Of a stretch of DNA of 63,721 nt, positions 58,558-63,721 are shown piece after piece (the stretch's first letter is position 1; the number at the start of each line of letters is the position of its first letter). The notes beneath the pieces are model-generated. The model did no database searches and was not told the origin of the DNA. It saw only the letters and a list, made by a program, of their open reading frames with translations. This DNA comes from an uncultured Clostridia bacterium. GTDB taxonomy: Bacteria > Bacillota > Clostridia > Christensenellales > CAG-138. A program made the translations under genes and the position numbers. The stretch covers positions 1 to 63,721 of the forward strand of contig CAJOKM010000001.1 in the NCBI GenBank assembly GCA_905235205.1. The letters are read 5' to 3'.

Positions 58558-59442
58558 TCAACGCGAAAGCGCATCCCTGAGCCAGCCGTTCCAAAGATCG
58601 ATTTGTTCCGGGGAGGCGGCGGGCAGCGCTGCCAGCGGCGTTTGCGAGCCGATGCCGGTCCACTTGCTGTTGCCGATCGTGTGATACGGGAGCAGCTCGA
58701 TGTTTTGAATACAGGCGTACCGACGGGCAAGCTCCGCGGCAAATGCGATATGCGCCTCGGTATCGTTGAACGTGGGGATGATCGGCAGACGCAGCCATAC
58801 CTTGCCGCCGCTGCGCTCGATCGTGTCCAGCGTGTTCTGCCAGCGCGCAAAGTCGCCGTCGGTCCATAAACGAAGCGTTTGCGCATCATCTGCTTTGAGG
58901 TCGAGCAGAAACAGATCGGTCGCCGGCAGGATCGCAAGAAGCGTCTCCGCCGTTATGCAGCCGTTGGTTTCGATCGCGGTATGGATGCCGGCACCGCGGC
59001 ACTTTTCGAGCAGCTCAAGAAGAAACGCCGCCTGCAGGGTCGGTTCGCCGCCTGTGAAGGTCACGCCGCCGCCGCTTGCTTCATAATAGGCGCGATCACG
59101 AAGGACAATGGAAAGCACCTCGTCGGAGGACATCTCTTTGCCCGCGATTTTCAGCGCGTGTGAGGGGCAGACGTTCAGGCATGCGCCGCATGCGACGCAC
59201 GCGGAAGAGGACAGCAGATGCATTCCGTTCTCGATGCGGTGTACGCCTTTTTGGCAGACGTTTTGACACGCGCCGCAAAGCACGCAGAGTTTTGGCGCAA
59301 GCTCAATCTGTGGGCGCGGCGCAATCGATTCCGGGTTGTGACACCACGGACAATGCAGATTGCAGCCCTTCAGAAAGACCGCGGTGCGAATGCCCGGACC
59401 GTCATGATAGGAACAGCGTTGAATGTCAAAAACGATCCCCAT
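58558..59442 (-). CDS. Glycyl-radical enzyme activating protein (radical SAM, two extra 4Fe-4S motifs)
   Basis: Start MGIVFDIQRCSYHDGPGIRT at 59442 with SD GGAGGG. CNLHCPWC radical-SAM cluster. CVLCGACQNVC and CVACGACLNVCP ferredoxin motifs. Confidence 0.9.
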   Translation of the reverse strand: MGIVFDIQRCSYHDGPGIRTAVFLKGCNLHCPWCHNPESIAPRPQIELAPKLCVLCGACQNVCQKGVHRIENGMHLLSSSACVACGACLNVCPSHALKIAGKEMSSDEVLSIVLRDRAYYEASGGGVTFTGGEPTLQAAFLLELLEKCRGAGIHTAIETNGCITAETLLAILPATDLFLLDLKADDAQTLRLWTDGDFARWQNTLDTIERSGGKVWLRLPIIPTFNDTEAHIAFAAELARRYACIQNIELLPYHTIGNSKWTGIGSQTPLAALPAASPEQIDLWNGWLRDALSR

Positions 59443-59519
59443 CGGAACCCTCCTGCAACGGTTTTTCCCATTATAGCAAAGTTTATCGACCGTGTCCATA
59501 TCACGGAAAAGAGGCGCAT

Positions 59520-61706
59520 ATGACTTTCTATCAATATCTCAAAGCGTTCACGAAAACATACAAGACACATGAAAACGACGACGTATCGCTTCGCGAAGCG
59601 TATTGCATTCAGGTGCAGAGCCGCTACGCTTTTTTGCCGATGCAAAACGGAGAACAGCTTGCGGGGCGCATGCGCGTCCTGCCTGTAGGCTTCTCCAACG
59701 AACCGCTGCTCGGCAGAAGCGTAAGCTGGTTTTACGACGTTCCGCGCGCTTTGCAGGCGCTGGAAGCGGACGGCGCAACAGAAGCGGAGATCGCGGAAGC
59801 AAAGGAAATGCTTGCGTTCTGGGAAACGCAGGAAACGCGCAAAAACCTGCGCGCCGCGTATCCGGAGGACGTCGCTGAAGCGCTGCCCGAGGACATCTAT
59901 TGGGAGCACAGCGAGGTCGCGTTTCCGCTGTACCGCGTGGTCGGCGCGTATATGGATTATGAGAAGCTGATGCAGCTCGGTATCGGCGGTTTGAAAGCCG
60001 AGGTCGAAGCATGCCGCGCGCGTATGCCGCAGGAATGCGACGGTTTCTATCGCGGGTGTCTGATCGCTCTGGACGCGCTCTCTGATGTTGCCCGGCGCTA
60101 TGCGGAAAACGCGCGGACACTGAAAAACGAGACGCTTGCCGACGCGCTGGAACGGATCGCGACGGATCGCCCGGAAACGTTTCTCGAGGCAATCCAGCTT
60201 GCATGGCTGTACAGCCTGATTTCCGGCGTTCTGAACTACGGACGTATGGACGATTATCTCGGCGGCTTCCTTGCGCGCGATCTCGACGAAAAGAGGATCG
60301 AAGAGGAACAGGCTCTGGACATTCTCTGCTGTCTGTGGCGGCTCATCGACGAGCGCAAGACCGTGTTCCACGGGCGCGTCATCATCGGCGGACGGGGACG
60401 AAAGAACGAAGCGGATGCGGATCGGTTTGCGATGCTTGCGATGGAAGCATCGCGCATCGTGGCGGAGGCGGAGCCGCAGCTTTCCCTGCGCTTCTATGAG
60501 GGGCAGGATCCCGCGCTGATGCAGAAGGCGCTCGACGTGATCGGCGAGGGCAAGGTCTACCCGATGCTCTACAACGACGACGTTAACATCCCCTCCGTGG
60601 AAAAAGCGTTCTGCGTTCCCTATGCGGAAGCAGAGGAGTATTGCTTCTTCGGCTGCGGTGAATACGTGATCAATCACAAGAGCATCGGATCGCCGAACGG
60701 CATCATCAACCTTTTGAAAGCACTGGAAGTCACGCTCTTTAATGGAACCGACATGCTGTACGGGAAACCCTGCGGACTGAAAAAAGGAGATTTCAAGTCG
60801 TTTGAAACGTTCGAGGACTTCTACGCCGCCTACCGCGAACAGCTTGCATACTATATCGGAATCTTAGCGAGGCAGGAACGGCAGGAGTACGCGTACTGCG
60901 CGGAGGTCGGCTCGTTCCTGTTCATCTCCATGCTGATGGACGATTGCCTTGCGCGCGGCAAGTCGCTCCTGAACGGCGGGGTCAAGTATCTCGGCGGAAC
61001 GCTGGAAACCTACGGAAACATCAATACGGCGAACAGCCTGTATGCAATCAAAACGCTTGTGTTCGAGCAGCGGCAAATCGAAAAGCAAACGCTTCTGGAT
61101 GCGCTTCGCGCGAATTTTGAGGGCTATGAAGCGGAGCGCGAGCTGCTGCTGAACGCCGAAAAATACGGCAACGATCAGGACGGCGTGGATGCGCTTGCGG
61201 TCGAGCTGCACGAATATGTCTGCAACACGGTACGCAATCAGAAGGTGGGACTGCATTCGTATATGGTCGTCATCATCAACAATGAGGCAAACACGGTGCT
61301 CGGACGCTTCACCGGTGCGTCTGCGGACGGACGCAAAGCGCGCGAGCCGATGGCGAACGCGAACAATCCGGCGGGAGGCACCGACCGAAACGGTGTAACC
61401 GCCATGCTGAACTCACTCGTGAAGCTGAAAACCGATATCCACGCCGGGGCGGTACAGAACATGACGTTTTCGCCTGAGCTGTTCAATGAGAACCGCCCGA
61501 TCCTGGAAGCGCTCTTAAAAACATATTTCCGTAACGGAGGACAGCAGTGCATGATCAACGTGCTGCGGCGCGGCGATTTAGAGGACGCGATCGCACATCC
61601 GGAACGGCACCAAAGCCTTTTGGTGCGCGTAGGCGGGTTCTCCGCACGGTTTGTGACGCTGTCGCCGGACGTGCAGCGCGAGATCGCTTCACGCACCCTA
61701 TATTGA
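59520..61706 (+). CDS. Glycyl radical enzyme, short (728 aa), dehydratase/lyase-like Cys loop
   Basis: ATG at 59520. C-terminal glycine-radical motif RVGGFSARF. Cys loop FFGCGEY (GCxE type rather than the PFL CC type). Divergent from its activase. Confidence 0.9.
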   Translation: MTFYQYLKAFTKTYKTHENDDVSLREAYCIQVQSRYAFLPMQNGEQLAGRMRVLPVGFSNEPLLGRSVSWFYDVPRALQALEADGATEAEIAEAKEMLAFWETQETRKNLRAAYPEDVAEALPEDIYWEHSEVAFPLYRVVGAYMDYEKLMQLGIGGLKAEVEACRARMPQECDGFYRGCLIALDALSDVARRYAENARTLKNETLADALERIATDRPETFLEAIQLAWLYSLISGVLNYGRMDDYLGGFLARDLDEKRIEEEQALDILCCLWRLIDERKTVFHGRVIIGGRGRKNEADADRFAMLAMEASRIVAEAEPQLSLRFYEGQDPALMQKALDVIGEGKVYPMLYNDDVNIPSVEKAFCVPYAEAEEYCFFGCGEYVINHKSIGSPNGIINLLKALEVTLFNGTDMLYGKPCGLKKGDFKSFETFEDFYAAYREQLAYYIGILARQERQEYAYCAEVGSFLFISMLMDDCLARGKSLLNGGVKYLGGTLETYGNINTANSLYAIKTLVFEQRQIEKQTLLDALRANFEGYEAERELLLNAEKYGNDQDGVDALAVELHEYVCNTVRNQKVGLHSYMVVIINNEANTVLGRFTGASADGRKAREPMANANNPAGGTDRNGVTAMLNSLVKLKTDIHAGAVQNMTFSPELFNENRPILEALLKTYFRNGGQQCMINVLRRGDLEDAIAHPERHQSLLVRVGGFSARFVTLSPDVQREIASRTLY

Positions 61707-61715
61707 GGAGAAACT

Positions 61716-63467
61716 ATGATTGATCGAAGTGATTATCCGCGCCCGCAGCTTCGGCGGGACGCATGGACGAGCCTGAATGGAGAATGGGACTTTGCGTTCG
61801 ACGACGCCGATACGGGACTGCATGAAGGATGGCAGAACGGCTTTTTGCCGACGCACCGTATCCGCGTGCCGTTTTCGTATGAAACGAAAGCGAGCGGCGT
61901 CGGCGATACGTCCGCGCATCGGACCGTCTGGTATCAGAAACGCCTCGAAACGGACGATATTATGCCGAATGAAACGATGCTCGTGCATTTCGAAGGCTGT
62001 GACTACCGCACCGACGTTTATGCAAACGGGGTTCTGCTTTGTTCGCATATCGGCGGCTATGAGCGGTTCTCGGTCGATCTGGCGCCGGTATTGCCGACGG
62101 AAGCTGTGCTGCTGGTTCTGCGTGTCACAGACTCGCTTTCCGAAGAACAGCCGCGCGGGAAGCAGCGCTTTAAGCCCGAAAGCTGGGGCTGCTGGTATGT
62201 GCAGACGACCGGAATCTGGAAAACGGTCTGGGCGGAGCGCGTGCGCAGAGAGCATATCGACGCGCTGCATGTGAATCCTGACCCCGCGCATGGCATGGTT
62301 GCCGTGTCCGCCGCTTCATCCCGCATGGATTGCTTTTCGGATCGCACCCTGCGCGTAACCGTATTTGACGGAGAAAAGCCGATCGCGACGATCACGGATC
62401 AAAGCGGCGATAAGGGGCGCTGGCTATGCGAAGCAGCGATCCCCTCACCGCATCTCTGGTCGCCGGAGGATCCGCATCTTTATGACGTCAAGATCGAGCT
62501 GCTTTTCGGCGAAACGGTGCTCGACACGGTCTGGTCATATTTCGGATTCCGCACCGTTTCGTGGGATCGGAACGGGCTTTATCTGAACGGCAGACGCACC
62601 TTCCTGCGGCTCGTGCTCGATCAGGGGTACTGGCCGGAATCGGGACTGACGCCGCCGGACCTTGCGGCGCTCGAAACCGATCTCGACGCGGTCGTGCGCT
62701 ACGGCTACAACGGTGTCAGAAAGCATCAGAAGATCGAGGACGAACGGTTCCTGTATCTGTGCGACGTGCGCGGGATACTGGTCTTTTCCGAAATGGCGGC
62801 GGCATATTCGTATTCGGAAGCGGTGGCACGCGCATTCCTTTCGGAGTGGGGGACGATCGTGGAGCAGAACAAGCAGCATCCGTGCATCGTTGCATGGGTG
62901 CCGTTCAACGAGTCGTGGGGCGTCGGAAGCATTGCGAACGACAAGGCACAGCAAGCGTTTATCGAGCAGGCGTACCGTTTGACAAAGTCGCTCGATCCGA
63001 CGCGTCCGGTGATCTCCAACGACGGATGGGAGCATACCGTATCCGACCTTGTAACGATTCATGACTATCGCGAAACCGGAGAGGAGCTGCTTGCCTTGCA
63101 CGGCGACGGGGACGTGGCGGTCCTTCGCGGCGAACGAAGCTATTCCTGGTACGGACAAAAGCTGTTTGCAAACGGGTACGGCTACAACGGTCAGCCGCTG
63201 CTTTTGAGCGAGTACGGCGGGATCGCGTTCCGCACCGAAGAAGGATGGGGATACGGCGAACAGGTTGCGGACGAGCAGGCGTTTTTGCGGCGCTTCCTTT
63301 CGCAAAATGACGCGATAAAAGCCATGCCGCAGTTTTCCGGGTTTTGCTACACCCAGCTCACGGACGTGGAACAGGAAAAAAACGGTCTGCTGACCGCAGA
63401 CCGCAAGGATAAGCTGAGCGAGGCGGGCATCGAAGCCGTCCGCAATTCCAACCGCTCATTTAATTAA
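61716..63467 (+). CDS. Glycoside hydrolase family 2 enzyme (583 aa)
   Basis: N-terminal sugar-binding domain pattern MLVHFEGCDYRTDVYANGVLLCSHIGGYERFSVDL. Catalytic-region motif WVPFNESWG. Confidence 0.85.
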   Translation: MIDRSDYPRPQLRRDAWTSLNGEWDFAFDDADTGLHEGWQNGFLPTHRIRVPFSYETKASGVGDTSAHRTVWYQKRLETDDIMPNETMLVHFEGCDYRTDVYANGVLLCSHIGGYERFSVDLAPVLPTEAVLLVLRVTDSLSEEQPRGKQRFKPESWGCWYVQTTGIWKTVWAERVRREHIDALHVNPDPAHGMVAVSAASSRMDCFSDRTLRVTVFDGEKPIATITDQSGDKGRWLCEAAIPSPHLWSPEDPHLYDVKIELLFGETVLDTVWSYFGFRTVSWDRNGLYLNGRRTFLRLVLDQGYWPESGLTPPDLAALETDLDAVVRYGYNGVRKHQKIEDERFLYLCDVRGILVFSEMAAAYSYSEAVARAFLSEWGTIVEQNKQHPCIVAWVPFNESWGVGSIANDKAQQAFIEQAYRLTKSLDPTRPVISNDGWEHTVSDLVTIHDYRETGEELLALHGDGDVAVLRGERSYSWYGQKLFANGYGYNGQPLLLSEYGGIAFRTEEGWGYGEQVADEQAFLRRFLSQNDAIKAMPQFSGFCYTQLTDVEQEKNGLLTADRKDKLSEAGIEAVRNSNRSFN

Positions 63468-63721
63468 GATCCAGAATCACACCGGCATAGGGCGCAAGCT
63501 CCGTGCCGGTTTCGTTTACCGTGACGTTCCCGACAGCGCACAGCATCGTGCCCGTTGCGGCATAGGTTTCGGCATGATCGGAAAGATTGACCAGCACAAG
63601 CCGGTTCGTGTTTGCATCGAAGCGGCGGCAGGCAAAGATGCCGGTGCCGCTGTACAGGTATTCGGTGTCGAGCGTGTTCGGCACATATGCGCGTTTGTCC
63701 GCAATCAGTTCTTTGAAAAAC
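63460..63721 (-). CDS. C-terminal fragment of a glycoside-hydrolase-like protein (5' part outside window)
   Basis: The minus-strand frame stays open to the window edge (..FFKELIADKRAYVPNTLD..). The tail RLVLVNLSDHAETY...LAPYAGVILDL looks like the C-terminal beta-sandwich of GH13-type enzymes. Confidence 0.5.
   Translation of the reverse strand, partial: FFKELIADKRAYVPNTLDTEYLYSGTGIFACRRFDANTNRLVLVNLSDHAETYAATGTMLCAVGNVTVNETGTELAPYAGVILDLN

Noticed and set aside
59076-59519. 148-codon N-terminal extension of the GRE ORF
   Set aside because: It overlaps the activase gene on the opposite strand and is Arg-rich. The ATG at 59520 starts sequence typical of GRE N-termini and leaves a 77-nt divergent promoter region.

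Overview
High-GC, Clostridia-like chromosomal segment. The taxon is inferred only from the dockerin, the glycyl-radical enzymes and the SD/codon style (probably an Oscillospiraceae/Ruminococcaceae-type gut anaerobe). All family calls come from motif recognition by eye; no searches were run.

Layout, left to right:
(1) The tail of an Fn3-repeat surface protein and an ISL3 transposase scar.
(2) A small redox/central-metabolism block: barrel-only pyruvate kinase, three flavoproteins, a cyclophilin-like lipoprotein, glycerate kinase and a glutaredoxin-like protein.
(3) An accessory, immune-looking stretch with three parts. First, a tightly packed five-gene operon (7.03-16.6 kb). It encodes three paralogous proteins with a cytoplasmic TIR, one TM helix and an extracellular LRR, then an HD-phosphohydrolase + RyR-repeat protein, then a SLOG-like Rossmann domain fused to two 2-TM (SLATT/DUF4231-like) modules. 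Second, a dockerin-bearing GH13 amylase. Third, a complete type II-C CRISPR-Cas9 locus: antisense tracrRNA with canonical nexus and terminator plus a second degenerate anti-repeat, cas9-cas1-cas2, and 20 identical 36-nt repeats with 19 spacers.
(4) A ~36 kb glycan (mannoside-type) utilisation locus. It has two ABC importers, unknown membrane and lipoproteins, GH38/GH2/GH4/GH-like enzymes, nucleoside hydrolase, PfkB and ROK kinases, lyxose/mannose isomerase, a LacI regulator with a recurring 14-bp operator-like palindrome, and a divergent glycyl-radical enzyme/activase pair.

My top candidate for an undescribed system is the TIR-LRR / HD-RyR / SLOG-4TM operon. Its logic is Thoeris-like (TIR signal maker plus SLOG receptor-effector), but it appears wired to transmembrane LRR receptors.
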